Notes: generated by a model not told the origin, from the sequence alone. A stretch of 64,000 bases of DNA from Leptospira sp. (GCA_034439575.1 JAWXAQ010000008.1:1-64000), one strand, 5' to 3'; shown: positions 31,936-43,242, counted from the first letter of the stretch. Program-made: numbers and translations.

Positions 31936-33930
31936 ATGGATAATGCTTTTACATCAATAAAAATCGGCAATTTCACTCTTCCAAATCGTTTTATCATGGG
32001 TTCTATGCATCTAGGACTTGAGGGAGAAGTAAATACGGCGGAAAGAATAGCCGCCTTCTATGAAAAAAGATTTTTGGGTGGAGTCGGTTTGATCGTTACA
32101 GGTGGAATCAGTGTGAATGAGGAAGGGAAAGGATCTCGTACTTTCTTTAATATCCAAAACAAAGATCATGCAAATGAATTATTAAAAATGAATCATTTGT
32201 TAGCTGGTAAGGGAAACATGTGTGCACAACTTTTTCATGCAGGTAGATATGCAGCAGATAGAAGTTTGGTCGCACCTTCTGCCATTCGAGCACCAATCAG
32301 TCGCTATGTTCCTCGGGCTCTATCTGAGGATGAGTGTTGGAAGACAATTGAAGATTTTGGGATTGCGGCAAAAATTGCGAGGGAAATAGGTTTTGCATCT
32401 GTCGAGATCATGGGAAGTGAAGGGTATCTGTTGAACCAATTTTTCTCACCTGTCACTAACCATAGAGATGATTATTTTGGCGGTGATGCAAAGCGAAGAA
32501 TGAATATGTCCATCGAAGTCCTTCGCTCAGTCATCAAAAATTTACCATCAGGTTTCCCTGTCATTTTTCGTATGTCTGGAATTGATTTAATTCCTGGCAA
32601 TGCACCTTTTGAAGATGTTGTCCAACTAGCAAAAACATTACGAGATGAAAATGTATCAGCTTTAAATATTGGGATCGGATGGCATGAATCACGCATTCCG
32701 ACAATCAGCCAATTAGTTCCAAGAGGTGCCTGGGCAGGTATCGCAGGTCGGATCAAAGCAAATACTCTTGGTGTTCCCATCATTGCTTCGAATCGGGTGA
32801 ATGATCCTATTACCATGCAAAAAATATTCGATAATCACCAAGCAGACATTATATCTATGGCGAGGCCATTTCTTGCCGATCCAGAAATAGTTAATAAATT
32901 AACAAATGGAAATGCCCATCGTATCAATACTTGTATAGCTTGTAACCAAGCCTGTCTTGATCATGCTTTCCAAGAAAAATCTGTTTCTTGCATTGTAAAT
33001 CCAGAAGCCGTTAACGAACTTCAGTATCAAAAAACAAAAACAAATTCTCCTAAAAAAATTGTAGTCGTAGGCTCTGGTCCTGCTGGTTTAGAAGCCGCAA
33101 GAGGTTCAGCAAATCTCGGTCATAATGTCATACTTCTGGAACAAGCAAATGTGTTAGGTGGCCAGTTTCAATTGGCCTCACATATCCCTGGCAAATCCGA
33201 ATTTAAAGAAACGATTCGATACTTTACAAATGAACTCACTGCTATTGGCGTGGATATTCGATTGAATGTTAAGGCTACTATCGAACTGTTAGAAGAATTA
33301 AATCCTGATGTTATCATTTTTGCTATTGGTGTGAAACCAAGAAACATTGAATTGAAAGGTATAAAGAATCTTCCATACGGAAGTTATACTGATTATTTAA
33401 ATGGAAAATTTAAACCTGGGCGACGCGTTGCCGTCATTGGTGGAGGTGGAATCGGTGTCGACGTAGCACATAAATTAACAGAAGACGGTGATCCAACCTT
33501 GGATTCGTATAATAAAAAATATAACATTGATTCATTTACAAATGTAGTGATTCAAAATGAAAAAGCTAATAGAGATGTGGCAGTATTTCGTAGAAACGGA
33601 AAACATGGCGCAGGCCTCGGTCCAACTACTTTCTGGGCTCTTAAACAAGAATTGGAATCTGTCGGAGTTCAATTCTTTCATGGTTTAAATTATAAAGAAG
33701 TCACAAAAGAAGGGTTAAAAATAGAATATAAAAATGGCGAAGAGTTTATTTATCCTTGTGACTCTCTGATACTTTGTGTCGGACAAGAAAAAGAAAATGA
33801 TCTCTTTGAAGAATTTAAATTAAAGAATCCCGATAAACGAATGTTTATTGTCGGCGGTGCTAAGGATGCCAATGGTGTTGATGCCAAACGAGCCTTTGCC
33901 GAAGGATTGGATGCGGCATATCAAATTTAA
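31936..33930 (+). CDS. fadH: 2,4-dienoyl-CoA reductase (NADPH)
   Basis: NRFIMGSMHLGLE, EIMGSEGYLLNQF, GWHESRIPTI, NTCIACNQACLDH, GSGPAG. Confidence 0.93.
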   Translation: MDNAFTSIKIGNFTLPNRFIMGSMHLGLEGEVNTAERIAAFYEKRFLGGVGLIVTGGISVNEEGKGSRTFFNIQNKDHANELLKMNHLLAGKGNMCAQLFHAGRYAADRSLVAPSAIRAPISRYVPRALSEDECWKTIEDFGIAAKIAREIGFASVEIMGSEGYLLNQFFSPVTNHRDDYFGGDAKRRMNMSIEVLRSVIKNLPSGFPVIFRMSGIDLIPGNAPFEDVVQLAKTLRDENVSALNIGIGWHESRIPTISQLVPRGAWAGIAGRIKANTLGVPIIASNRVNDPITMQKIFDNHQADIISMARPFLADPEIVNKLTNGNAHRINTCIACNQACLDHAFQEKSVSCIVNPEAVNELQYQKTKTNSPKKIVVVGSGPAGLEAARGSANLGHNVILLEQANVLGGQFQLASHIPGKSEFKETIRYFTNELTAIGVDIRLNVKATIELLEELNPDVIIFAIGVKPRNIELKGIKNLPYGSYTDYLNGKFKPGRRVAVIGGGGIGVDVAHKLTEDGDPTLDSYNKKYNIDSFTNVVIQNEKANRDVAVFRRNGKHGAGLGPTTFWALKQELESVGVQFFHGLNYKEVTKEGLKIEYKNGEEFIYPCDSLILCVGQEKENDLFEEFKLKNPDKRMFIVGGAKDANGVDAKRAFAEGLDAAYQI

Positions 33931-33954
33931 GCTGATAATTCTCAAAGGAAACCT

Positions 33955-35700
33955 ATGATCGCTAACAACTATTTCGCAGATGATGAAGATCTGCAGGTAT
34001 TTTTTCAACAATTGATAGATTGGAATCCCATCATTCTTGAAGTCGAGGGGGAAAAATTTATTGATCATCAAAAATATGTACATTCAAAGGATTCAAAATT
34101 TGAAATGGCTCCTTCCAATGAAATAGAAGCTAAGGATTTATATGAATCCAGTCTATTTTCGTTAGGTGAATTTTTTGGCAAAGAAGTTTCACAACATTCT
34201 AAAGCAATGGATGTCAAAGAATTAAAATATGACAAAGGGAAAGTGATCTTTCCGAATGAAACAAAAGACATATATGAAAAATTTATAGCAACCGGTCTTA
34301 TGCCTTATGCAATTTCTAGAGAAGCAGGTGGATTGTCATTTCCAGCCACAATGAGTGCGTTATATGCTATGATTATGGCACGTGCCGATGTTTCTTTTTG
34401 TATGACCATTACGCTTTTGAATCTTGCTCAGATCGTAGCTAGATTTGGAACATCAGAACAAATTAGCAATTTTGCGAGAAAAGCCGCGACGGGTGAGTGT
34501 TTATTTGCTATGGCTTTGACTGAACCGGATTATGGTTCAGACTTAAATAATATCAAAACGGTCGCGATAAAGTCACCTGATGGTAGTTACAGATTAACAG
34601 GCGCAAAACGTTTCATATCCCAAGGTTGTGGTTTAGGAGATCATTCTGCCTTGCTATTGACACTTGCTCGTACAGGAAAATCTGAAGGTGGGGCGAGGGG
34701 TCTATCTGTATTTATCGTAAAAAGCACGGATGTATTTGTAGCAGGCATAGAAAAGAAAATGGGGATTCACGCCTCTCCTACTTGTGAAATTGTTTATGAA
34801 GATACATATGGGGAGATATTGGGCGAAGAGGGAATGGGTTTAACTCGTTATACGGCAGGTATGACAAATTTTATGAGACTTAGTAGTGCCTCTGGTGGAC
34901 CCGGTGGTGGCGCAGGTGTTTATTATGAATGTAAAAAATATGCAAGTGAAAGAATGCAATTTGGAAAACCAATCATTGAAATTCCTGCTGTCGCAGAAAT
35001 GCTTCATAAAATTAAACGAGAAACAAACGCTATGCGACTTATTGCTCTTGAAACAGCACGCGTAATAGATATGTTTCAGCACCATCAAATAAGATTAGAA
35101 AAAGCTGGATTACCTGATCGAGAAATCAGAAAAGATGATAAAATAAAATATTGGTCATCACTGGCAAATACTCTTACACCTATTGCAAAATACTATGGAT
35201 CGGAAGAGGGGCACAAATGTGCTTATTTAGCTGTTCAAATTTTTGGCGGTGCTGGTTATACGGAAGATTACGATGTTTCCAGAATGTTCCGCGATTCTAG
35301 GATCAATACAATTTATGAAGGAACCAGTCAAATTCATGTACGAATTGCAACTGGTGGCATTATCGCTGGTATGGCAGGCGAAGGAAATTTCAAAAAGTAT
35401 TTAATAGACTTAAACAGTGATATTTTGAATCCTTCAAAATATTTATTAGAACAATACAAGTTGTTAGAAGAATCAATTGAAACATTACGTTCTTTGAATG
35501 ATGAAAATAAAAAAGAAAAATTATCAGAAAGTTTAATGATACAAATGGGACGATATTTATGTAGTCTGTTATACGAAAGATCATTATTTAAGTTAAAAGA
35601 AAATGAAGTATTGAATCGATGGACTGACGATTGTTTGGCTTATGTTATAGATAGCACTTCCATTTCTTTGGCATGTCACTATAAAATTCAAAATTTATAA
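33955..35700 (+). CDS. Acyl-CoA dehydrogenase
   Basis: MALTEPDYGSD, GIEKKMGIHASPTC, QIFGGAGYTEDY, IYEGTSQI. Confidence 0.93.
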   Translation: MIANNYFADDEDLQVFFQQLIDWNPIILEVEGEKFIDHQKYVHSKDSKFEMAPSNEIEAKDLYESSLFSLGEFFGKEVSQHSKAMDVKELKYDKGKVIFPNETKDIYEKFIATGLMPYAISREAGGLSFPATMSALYAMIMARADVSFCMTITLLNLAQIVARFGTSEQISNFARKAATGECLFAMALTEPDYGSDLNNIKTVAIKSPDGSYRLTGAKRFISQGCGLGDHSALLLTLARTGKSEGGARGLSVFIVKSTDVFVAGIEKKMGIHASPTCEIVYEDTYGEILGEEGMGLTRYTAGMTNFMRLSSASGGPGGGAGVYYECKKYASERMQFGKPIIEIPAVAEMLHKIKRETNAMRLIALETARVIDMFQHHQIRLEKAGLPDREIRKDDKIKYWSSLANTLTPIAKYYGSEEGHKCAYLAVQIFGGAGYTEDYDVSRMFRDSRINTIYEGTSQIHVRIATGGIIAGMAGEGNFKKYLIDLNSDILNPSKYLLEQYKLLEESIETLRSLNDENKKEKLSESLMIQMGRYLCSLLYERSLFKLKENEVLNRWTDDCLAYVIDSTSISLACHYKIQNL

Positions 35701-35758
35701 TTTTACTTTACAGGAATTAACTTTCACCAATTATCTTTTCAATTATTGAGGTAGTAAA

Positions 35759-36406
35759 TTGCATCAAATAAAAGGAATTATCTTTGATATGGACGGTGTG
35801 ATCGTTGATAATCACAAATACCATTTTCGTGCATGGATGGAATTTGCGACTAAATACCATTTTATATTAAATGAAGAAATTTATAGAACGAAGTTCAATG
35901 GAAAAACAAATGCGGATCTTTTTAGAATGATTTTTGGTGAGATAACTAATGAAAAGATTTTCTCATACGCAAAAGAGAAAGAATTAAACTATCAAAACAT
36001 TTATAAATCTGAAATTAAACCACATACAGGACTTTTGGAATTTTTAGAAGAACTAAAGATAAAAAAATATAAGTTGGCCCTTGGAACTTCTGCACCGAAG
36101 ATGAATGTAGATTTTACCTTGAATTCATTGGGGATTCGCGATTATTTTGATGTAATCGTCGATGGATCCGAGGTAAAAAAAGGTAAACCTGATCCTGAAG
36201 TTTATATAAAATGTTCTGCTTTTTTGGGACTGCAACCGAATCAGTGTGTGGTTTTCGAAGATTCTTTGGCAGGTTTAATTTCAGGAAAAAATGCGGGCTG
36301 TCATATTATTGGTGTCGCTACATCGCATAACAAAGAAGAACTTATGTCAATTGTAGAAGATATTATCGTAGACTTTACAGAAATTAGAAAATTTATTACA
36401 ATTTGA
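35759..36406 (+). CDS. HAD-family phosphatase (beta-phosphoglucomutase-like)
   Basis: FDMDGVIVD, GKPDPEVY, VFEDS. Confidence 0.92.
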   Translation: MHQIKGIIFDMDGVIVDNHKYHFRAWMEFATKYHFILNEEIYRTKFNGKTNADLFRMIFGEITNEKIFSYAKEKELNYQNIYKSEIKPHTGLLEFLEELKIKKYKLALGTSAPKMNVDFTLNSLGIRDYFDVIVDGSEVKKGKPDPEVYIKCSAFLGLQPNQCVVFEDSLAGLISGKNAGCHIIGVATSHNKEELMSIVEDIIVDFTEIRKFITI

Positions 36407-36492
36407 AAATTATAAAAAAATACTATTAAAAGTTAATATTAAAAAAGAATATAGATAATGTCCGAAGGACAATATCTATAGAGAGGATATAA

Positions 36493-37494
36493 ATGGTAAG
36501 CGGAAAAGATAAATTTGAATTCCAACTTGGAAAGTTAGACATTATATTAGGTGATGCTTCTTTAGAAATTAATCCAGAAGAATATCTTTATAGAAATGAT
36601 GGACGTACCCCTTTGTTTATGTTGCAAGGACTTTGCCGCTTGTATGGTGAAATCTATAACAAAAATAAATTTGAAAAATTAAAAGATCTATTCAAATTAT
36701 TTGAAGATCATCTTGGTGCTATTGATTATTACGAATATTATTCTAAATCATTTTCAGAAAATACAAAGGTTCCACAATCCATCAAGGATTATATGAACCA
36801 TCAGCTGGCATTGAAGTTAGAAGCCTTAAAACAGAATTTATATTCTCATGGATGGCTTGAAAAAAAAGGAAATCGATTTAAAGAAATTAAGAAAATTCTG
36901 AATGAAATAGATTGGTCGAGTGAAAAAAAAGAAATCAATGCTATCCAAGAATATTATATTAAAGAGATTGAAGCGATTAAAAAGTTTATTTCAAAATATG
37001 GAAAACCATTTACTGAAGTTGAAAATCATGTGCATGAATTACGAAGGGATGTACGATGGTTAAGTATCTACCCTCATGCCTTACTAGGCCAGATTCAATA
37101 TGCAAATAGAACAGGGAGTGGAAGCACACTCATAAAGTATCTTACCGAAGATGTAATCAATTCAAAATACAATAAATTCCCCGAGGTTGGTAATCATAAA
37201 CGAGTTCTTTTACTTGATATTCATCATTTTTTTGCACTGAGTTGGGTGATTGCAGAAATTGGAAAATTAAAGGATGAAGGTCTCGAATATTTTGCCTTAC
37301 TTGATGCCTTTCACCATTCAGAAATTATACCAGAAAATCAAGCCGCAATGAAAGCAATCGAGGTCTTGGGTTGGAATGATCGAAAAATTTCCGAATTGTT
37401 ATTATCAGCAACAGAATTAGCCAAACAGTCTATAAGCGATGGCATATTCGATGGTTTGGTATTTGGCACTGCAAAAGTATATCAAGAAAATTGA
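36493..37494 (+). CDS. Helical hypothetical protein, CHAD-like
   Basis: EDHLGAIDY, HELRRDVRWL, IGKLKD patterns; AGAGGA RBS. Confidence 0.6.
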   Translation: MVSGKDKFEFQLGKLDIILGDASLEINPEEYLYRNDGRTPLFMLQGLCRLYGEIYNKNKFEKLKDLFKLFEDHLGAIDYYEYYSKSFSENTKVPQSIKDYMNHQLALKLEALKQNLYSHGWLEKKGNRFKEIKKILNEIDWSSEKKEINAIQEYYIKEIEAIKKFISKYGKPFTEVENHVHELRRDVRWLSIYPHALLGQIQYANRTGSGSTLIKYLTEDVINSKYNKFPEVGNHKRVLLLDIHHFFALSWVIAEIGKLKDEGLEYFALLDAFHHSEIIPENQAAMKAIEVLGWNDRKISELLLSATELAKQSISDGIFDGLVFGTAKVYQEN

Positions 37495-37639
37495 AAAAAA
37501 TTAATTCCTACGAAGTGGAAGTAAACGCACTGAAAATGAACTAAACTTTCTATAACACTTGACATGGGACCAATTTTCCATTCAAATTTGTGATTCAATA
37601 ACTATTCAATTTGAAAAATAATTTCCTGGAGGCGCCTGT

Positions 37640-38041
37640 ATGATAAGTGAAAACCAGAAGAGTGCCATTGTATGCGTTGATGATGAACCTATTATTTTGT
37701 TATCTCTCGTGCGAGAATTGAAGCGCGAAATCGGCTCTGAATATTCATTTGAAACTGCTTCAAATCCGAGTGAAGCCATGGAGGTTATCGATTACCTTTG
37801 CCAAACACAAATCGAAGTTATATTAATCGTATCTGATTGGTTGATGCCAGGAATGAATGGTGACGAATTCCTTCGCGAAGTTCACAAGAAGTACCCGCAT
37901 ATAAAATCGATAATGATTTCAGGCCATGCGGATTTAAAAGAAATGGAAAAATTGAAAACAGAAGCAAATACAGTAGCTATTTTTTCAAAGCCATGGGATG
38001 CCGATGAACTTTTGTCAGCTGTTCGCAATTGTTGTTCATAG
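37640..38041 (+). CDS. Single-domain response regulator
   Basis: CVDDE, SDWLMPGMNG, ISG, KPWD. Confidence 0.93.
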   Translation: MISENQKSAIVCVDDEPIILLSLVRELKREIGSEYSFETASNPSEAMEVIDYLCQTQIEVILIVSDWLMPGMNGDEFLREVHKKYPHIKSIMISGHADLKEMEKLKTEANTVAIFSKPWDADELLSAVRNCCS

Positions 38042-38066
38042 ATTAATTTTTTAAGAACCAAAGACA

Positions 38067-39716
38067 ATGGAATCTATTGAAAGCCAACTTCAAGTAGCAA
38101 GAATCCAGCAAAAGGTAGTTGCTATGGTTTCTTCACATCCTGCCATTCTATCAGGTGACATTAAATCATTAGCACAATTCATTACTAAAACTGTAGCACA
38201 GTTGTTAAATATCGAACGCGTAGGTGTATGGATTTTTAATGATAACAAAGATGAACTTATTAATATAGATATTTATTTTCTTAGTACTCAAACACACACA
38301 GAAGGAGCGATTCTTCGGGAACATGAATTTCGTGAAGAATTTCATTATTTAGTCACTGAAAAATATGTAGATGCTAATGATCCATACCATGACCCTAGAA
38401 CTAAAGGTTTTATTGAAGGTTATTTAAAACCAAATGGCATTACTTCTATGTTAGACGGTGTGATTCGGATGGGTGAAGAACTCATTGGCACACTTTGTTT
38501 TGAGCATGTGGGAGTCAAGCATACTTGGGAAGAAGATGAAATTATTTTCTGTAGCCAGTTGGGTGATCAAATCTCATTAGCTATTAGTAATAAAAAAAAG
38601 AATTTGGTCACGGAAGCCTTGCTCGCAAGCGAAGCAAAATTAAAACATTTGAATGAGTCCTTGGAATCCATCGTTCAAGAAAGGACATCAAATTTAGAAA
38701 AATCGCATGAGGCTTTAGAAGTTACGATTTCGGACTTAAAAAAAGCCCAAGCTCAACTCGTATTATCCGAAAAGATGGCATCTCTCGGTCAGCTTATATC
38801 TGGAATCGCTCATGAAATTAATAATCCTATCGCCGCGATCCAGGCATCCAACCAAAACTTAAAACAAACCTTAAATTTTTCAGCAGGCGGAAGATTTCAT
38901 ATTGATTTACCTCTTTTTTTAAAAAATGAAGAATTAATCAAACTTGCCAGCCACTTCCTAATGCAAGTTAAAGCAAGGCGCATTTCTTATACAGGCCGTG
39001 AAAGAATTGAACAACGTAAAAAAATTCAAACTTGGATAGATTCAAAAAAATGTTATTTGATTCGACCTGATGATCTCATCGATTGTGGTATTGATTTCCA
39101 ATTACTTAGTGAGTATGAAGATCTTTTTGTAAATAATAATGATGAATTATTACGATTGTTAACCGAAGAAATTTGTGTCTCTCAATGTATTTCGATCATC
39201 GAACTAGCCGTTGAACGTGCTTCCAAAATGACATTTGCTTTAAAAAATTTTACCAGATTTGATGAAGCCAGTGAAAACAAAATGATTGATGTGATAGAAA
39301 ATATAGAAACGGTTATCACTATATATCAAGGTCAATTTAAAAAGAATGTAACTTTAGTTAGAGAATTTGAACCACTACCTTGGGTTCCTGGTTTTCCAGA
39401 AGAGTTATTGCACTTATGGACAAATTTGATCTATAACGGATTGCAGGCGATGAAGTTTAACGGAGAGATGATCATCCGTACAGAAAAAGATAATGGATTT
39501 GTAAAAATTACCATTGAAGATACAGGTTCTGGAATTCCCAGTGAACTTAAAGATAGAATCTTTGAACCCTTTTTTACAACAAAACCATTAGGGGAAGGAA
39601 GTGGATTGGGATTGGATATTTGTAAAAAAATAGTCGATAGACATCAAGGCAAAATTTATTTTAATTCGATTCCAGGAAAAACAAAGTTTATTGTGGAACT
39701 ACCTTGCTCTCGTTAA
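38067..39716 (+). CDS. GAF-domain sensor histidine kinase
   Basis: GAF (SMLD...GTLCFEHVG); SEKMASLG...AHEINNP; DTGSG, FFTTK, GSGLGL. Confidence 0.93.
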   Translation: MESIESQLQVARIQQKVVAMVSSHPAILSGDIKSLAQFITKTVAQLLNIERVGVWIFNDNKDELINIDIYFLSTQTHTEGAILREHEFREEFHYLVTEKYVDANDPYHDPRTKGFIEGYLKPNGITSMLDGVIRMGEELIGTLCFEHVGVKHTWEEDEIIFCSQLGDQISLAISNKKKNLVTEALLASEAKLKHLNESLESIVQERTSNLEKSHEALEVTISDLKKAQAQLVLSEKMASLGQLISGIAHEINNPIAAIQASNQNLKQTLNFSAGGRFHIDLPLFLKNEELIKLASHFLMQVKARRISYTGRERIEQRKKIQTWIDSKKCYLIRPDDLIDCGIDFQLLSEYEDLFVNNNDELLRLLTEEICVSQCISIIELAVERASKMTFALKNFTRFDEASENKMIDVIENIETVITIYQGQFKKNVTLVREFEPLPWVPGFPEELLHLWTNLIYNGLQAMKFNGEMIIRTEKDNGFVKITIEDTGSGIPSELKDRIFEPFFTTKPLGEGSGLGLDICKKIVDRHQGKIYFNSIPGKTKFIVELPCSR

Positions 39717-39895
39717 AGTATAGAAAATAATTTACAAAAATTTATATGATTTCAAAAAGGTAAAAGGTAACAAAAGTAAAATACTCCCATGAGCCTGTAA
39801 AACCTTCCACAGATTCGGATAATCAGAATATAACATATCCTAGGTTATCCTTCCTCTCAATTTAGCGAATTTTAAAAAACATTATAGGTTTATAT

Positions 39896-41275
39896 ATGAA
39901 AAATTTACGAAAAACCGTAACATCGGTCTCCGTAGGTATTAAAGAATTATTTCCGATTGCTCTTCCGATTTTTTTTTCACAGGCGATTGATGTGGTTATG
40001 GTATTTACGGATCGATTTTTTTTATCTCGATTAAGTAAAGAAGACTTGGCGGCTACATTAAGTGGAGGATTGATATTATATCTTTTTTCTACTTTTATAC
40101 TGGGAACCTTGGGGCAAATTACAGCCTTAGTTGGTCAATACCGAGGTGCAGGATTAGTCAAAGATTCGATTCGTACTGTGCATCAAGGAATCTTTCTAAC
40201 ATTAAGTGTCGGTAGCATTCTTGTTTTACTTAGTTATGTTTTTGCTCCTTCCCTCTTTCGATTTTTTGGACATGAATCTTTACTTTTACAAAAAGAAATA
40301 GAATACTATTCTGTACTTGCTTTCTCCATTCTTTTAGTTTCGATTCGTACTAGTTTTTCTAGTTTTTTTATTGGGATAGAACGTTCAAAGATCGTCACAT
40401 ATGCTTCGTTAGGAGCTGTTTTGATGAATATTCCTTTAAGTTATATCCTAATTTTTGGTAAATTAGGTTTTCCTGCTATGGGGATCGCAGGCGCGGCTAT
40501 CGGAACAGTGATATCAGGATTTATTCCTATATTGATATTTGTTTTAAAGTTTTATTCAAAAGAATTTCAAAAAATTTATCATACGAATCTCTTTCCTGAA
40601 ATCAACTTTTCAATTATGGGAAAACTTCTGCGTTATGGACTTCCCGCTGGAATGGAAATGATGATCAATGTTGCTGGCTTTATGTTTTTTACAATGATCA
40701 TGTATTCCTATTCAAGTGATGTGGCAGCAGCGACAACAATAGTTTTAAATTGGGATATGGTATGTTTTATCCCACTTCTTGGGATTGGACAAGCAGTATC
40801 AGGTCAGATAGGAAAGTATCTGGGGGAAAAAAATAAAGCTTATGCCCTTCGTTCAGCGTATGCCGCATTAACATTTGGATGGATATATGCTATATTCATC
40901 ACGATTATCTATTTTTCTCAAAACTACTATTTGGTTACGATCTTCTCGCCCGAGTTAGATGGCCAATCATTTGCGAATGTTTATCATTATGCAACTACTA
41001 TGTTGCGAATTTCATGCCTTTATTTTTTGTTCGATTCAACCTATTCCATATTAGGTGGAATTCTTAAAGGATCAGGAGATACTCTTTGGACTATGATAAC
41101 GTCCAATCTTATGATGTGGTCATGTGCATCTATCGTTTATATTGCAAAAAATAAATATGAATTTGGACCTTTCATGAGTTGGTGGATTTTAACCGGAATG
41201 GTAATGTCACTCGGTCTCTTATATTCTTGGCGATTCTGGAATAAAAAATGGTTGGAAAGATTGATGATCGCTTGA
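39896..41275 (+). CDS. MATE-family efflux transporter
   Basis: About 12 TM helices; LIFGKLGFPAMGIAGAAIGT; GILKGSGDT. Confidence 0.92.
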   Translation: MKNLRKTVTSVSVGIKELFPIALPIFFSQAIDVVMVFTDRFFLSRLSKEDLAATLSGGLILYLFSTFILGTLGQITALVGQYRGAGLVKDSIRTVHQGIFLTLSVGSILVLLSYVFAPSLFRFFGHESLLLQKEIEYYSVLAFSILLVSIRTSFSSFFIGIERSKIVTYASLGAVLMNIPLSYILIFGKLGFPAMGIAGAAIGTVISGFIPILIFVLKFYSKEFQKIYHTNLFPEINFSIMGKLLRYGLPAGMEMMINVAGFMFFTMIMYSYSSDVAAATTIVLNWDMVCFIPLLGIGQAVSGQIGKYLGEKNKAYALRSAYAALTFGWIYAIFITIIYFSQNYYLVTIFSPELDGQSFANVYHYATTMLRISCLYFLFDSTYSILGGILKGSGDTLWTMITSNLMMWSCASIVYIAKNKYEFGPFMSWWILTGMVMSLGLLYSWRFWNKKWLERLMIA

Positions 41276-41292
41276 AGAAGCGATCATCTTTT
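41263..41292 (+). terminator. Terminator between convergent MATE and DUF4349 genes
   Basis: GATGATCGCTT-GAAG-AAGCGATCATC followed by TTTT. Confidence 0.7.
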
Positions 41293-41304
41293 CCAAATAA
41301 TAAA

Positions 41305-42216
41305 TTACTTTCTTTTGAAAATAGTAACACCAAATTTTTTTAAGATAAAGTTTGATCCATAAAGAATTCCAGATCCCAAAAGCAAAAATGGTATTATCCA
41401 TATCAAATAATATGTTAATTCTAAAAACATATTAAACAATCCTATGAATGCATTTTTGTAAACAGGGACTTGAATTTGATCTGGTGGAATTGGTGTTGAA
41501 AATTGGATTTGGATTGTCGCCCATTTGATTCTATCTTGTATTTTCCAAGTTTCATGCTCAGCCAAATCCATTTGGTCTTCACTTTTAGTAAGTGATTCGT
41601 CAATGGCAGACCAATTTTTAGAACTTGCGTCGATTTGATTGTTCGCTTTGTTCTTTCTACCCAAACGAATTTTTTCACGATTGATTTTGCGTTTTTGCCA
41701 TACCATACCTTCTGTATGATCGATAGTTGTAATGTCTTCCGATTGTATAACTCCCAATTTATCTAAGTCTAATAATGCTTCGTATAACTTAGATGAATCG
41801 ACAAAGATTGTGGCGGACATATATGGTGATCGTGAATTGACAGCTGAACTATTTGCCAAATAGCCATATTTTGATATAAATTGGATCAATTCTTTTCTTG
41901 TTTTTATTATATCTGAAGATTCGTAGTTTAGTATAACTCGAAATTCTAATAAACGTTCAGTTGAATTGATAGTTGGGTTAAAAACCTTGCCCAAGTTATT
42001 TTCAGGCTTATCTTGTGTCAGAATGTCTTTTTTTTCCGCTCTTAATTCGGATTCATCTGCCTCATTTTGAACCATTTCTTCTGCCATTTTCGCAGATGGT
42101 GACATCTCTCTCGAAAGAGTCGCTGTTTCTGCAGGCGATTCACTTTGACTTTCACTTTTGCCACAAGTGATGAACAAAATGAAAAATAAGTAACTGACGA
42201 TAAAAGACTTTTTCAA
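41305..42216 (-). CDS. DUF4349-like lipoprotein
   Basis: FITC lipobox; YGYLANSS...EDITTIDHT...coiled coil...WATIQIQF; C-terminal TM helix. Confidence 0.75.
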   Translation of the reverse strand: MKKSFIVSYLFFILFITCGKSESQSESPAETATLSREMSPSAKMAEEMVQNEADESELRAEKKDILTQDKPENNLGKVFNPTINSTERLLEFRVILNYESSDIIKTRKELIQFISKYGYLANSSAVNSRSPYMSATIFVDSSKLYEALLDLDKLGVIQSEDITTIDHTEGMVWQKRKINREKIRLGRKNKANNQIDASSKNWSAIDESLTKSEDQMDLAEHETWKIQDRIKWATIQIQFSTPIPPDQIQVPVYKNAFIGLFNMFLELTYYLIWIIPFLLLGSGILYGSNFILKKFGVTIFKRK

Positions 42217-42293
42217 AATAAAACTCTCCGTAATGCTTTCCTTCTCTTACTAACAAGTAGTGAATCTGTAATTATCTTATATTTGTAAAAAAA

Positions 42294-43076
42294 TTAAATT
42301 CGAGAAAGGGCAACAGCCAAAGCATGTGAAACATTCAGTGAATCTACATTATTTTTCATCGGTATATAAAGTATAGAATCAGCTATTTCTAAGATTGGTT
42401 TTTGTATGCCTTCACTTTCATTCCCAACAACCAAAACGAATTTATCATTAAATTGAAAATCATTTAAATTGATAAGTTTATGACCAAATGTTTGTTTGTC
42501 TTTTGGTAAACTAAGGCTTATGACCTTGCCTCCCTTGCTTTGAAAATGGAGCAGGTATTCTTTTATATCATTCACTTTTGCAATTTTTGTAAAAAAAATA
42601 TTTCCCATAGAAACGCGTATGCTTCTTCTTAAATAAGGTGAGGCCGATCTATGATCAAAAACGAGAGAATTGATTCCGAAGGCGGCCGCAGTTCTAATCA
42701 TTGAACCAATATTTTCGCTATCTGCGATGGTATCGAATAATATTTGTTTTGTGCCCAATTCGTCTACATCCGTCCATTTCGGTAAACCAACAGCCATAAA
42801 TCCTTGGTGAACCGAAAATCCAATCGTCTTTTCGAAAATTTCCTTTTCAGCCAATAAACATTGATTTGGCGAGGTAAGCCGATGATTTAATAATTTTTTA
42901 TGTTTCTCGTAATATTTAGGAAGGCAAAAAACGGATTGTATTGTAATTTCAGAATCTAATAATCGCAAAACGGTTTTTTCATTGTCAGCGATAAATGTAT
43001 CATCACTCTCTTCTTTTGATTTTAGTAAGGAATAATGTTTAAGTCTCGGGTCAGTAGGGGAATCGATAAATATCAA
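42294..43076 (-). CDS. TrmH/SpoU-family RNA methyltransferase
   Basis: ENIGSMIRTAAAFG, VGNESEG, IPM...DSLNVS. Confidence 0.92.
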   Translation of the reverse strand: MIFIDSPTDPRLKHYSLLKSKEESDDTFIADNEKTVLRLLDSEITIQSVFCLPKYYEKHKKLLNHRLTSPNQCLLAEKEIFEKTIGFSVHQGFMAVGLPKWTDVDELGTKQILFDTIADSENIGSMIRTAAAFGINSLVFDHRSASPYLRRSIRVSMGNIFFTKIAKVNDIKEYLLHFQSKGGKVISLSLPKDKQTFGHKLINLNDFQFNDKFVLVVGNESEGIQKPILEIADSILYIPMKNNVDSLNVSHALAVALSRI

Positions 43077-43182
43077 AGTAATATTTGAAGATTAAAAAAT
43101 TAACTTAATTTAAATATGAAAATTTATTTCGAAAAAAGACTAATGCCACTTTAGGAGAAGGTGAAAAATGCACCCTGAAGGA

Positions 43183-43223
43183 AGTAGAATTCATATCATA
43201 TTAGAATGATTATGAATCCTACT
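43183..43223 (-). terminator. Possible terminator hairpin after the DUF805 gene
   Basis: Imperfect inverted repeat AGTAG.ATTCATA...TATGAAT.CTACT. Confidence 0.4.
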
Positions 43224-43242
43224 ATTTGCTTATGTTATGTGA

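Noticed and set aside
39720-39895. Possible riboswitch or leader before the MATE gene (GGATAA...TTATCC pairing, ATGAGCCTGTAA mini-ORF)
   Set aside because: No match to a riboswitch consensus I can recognise; the pairing is short
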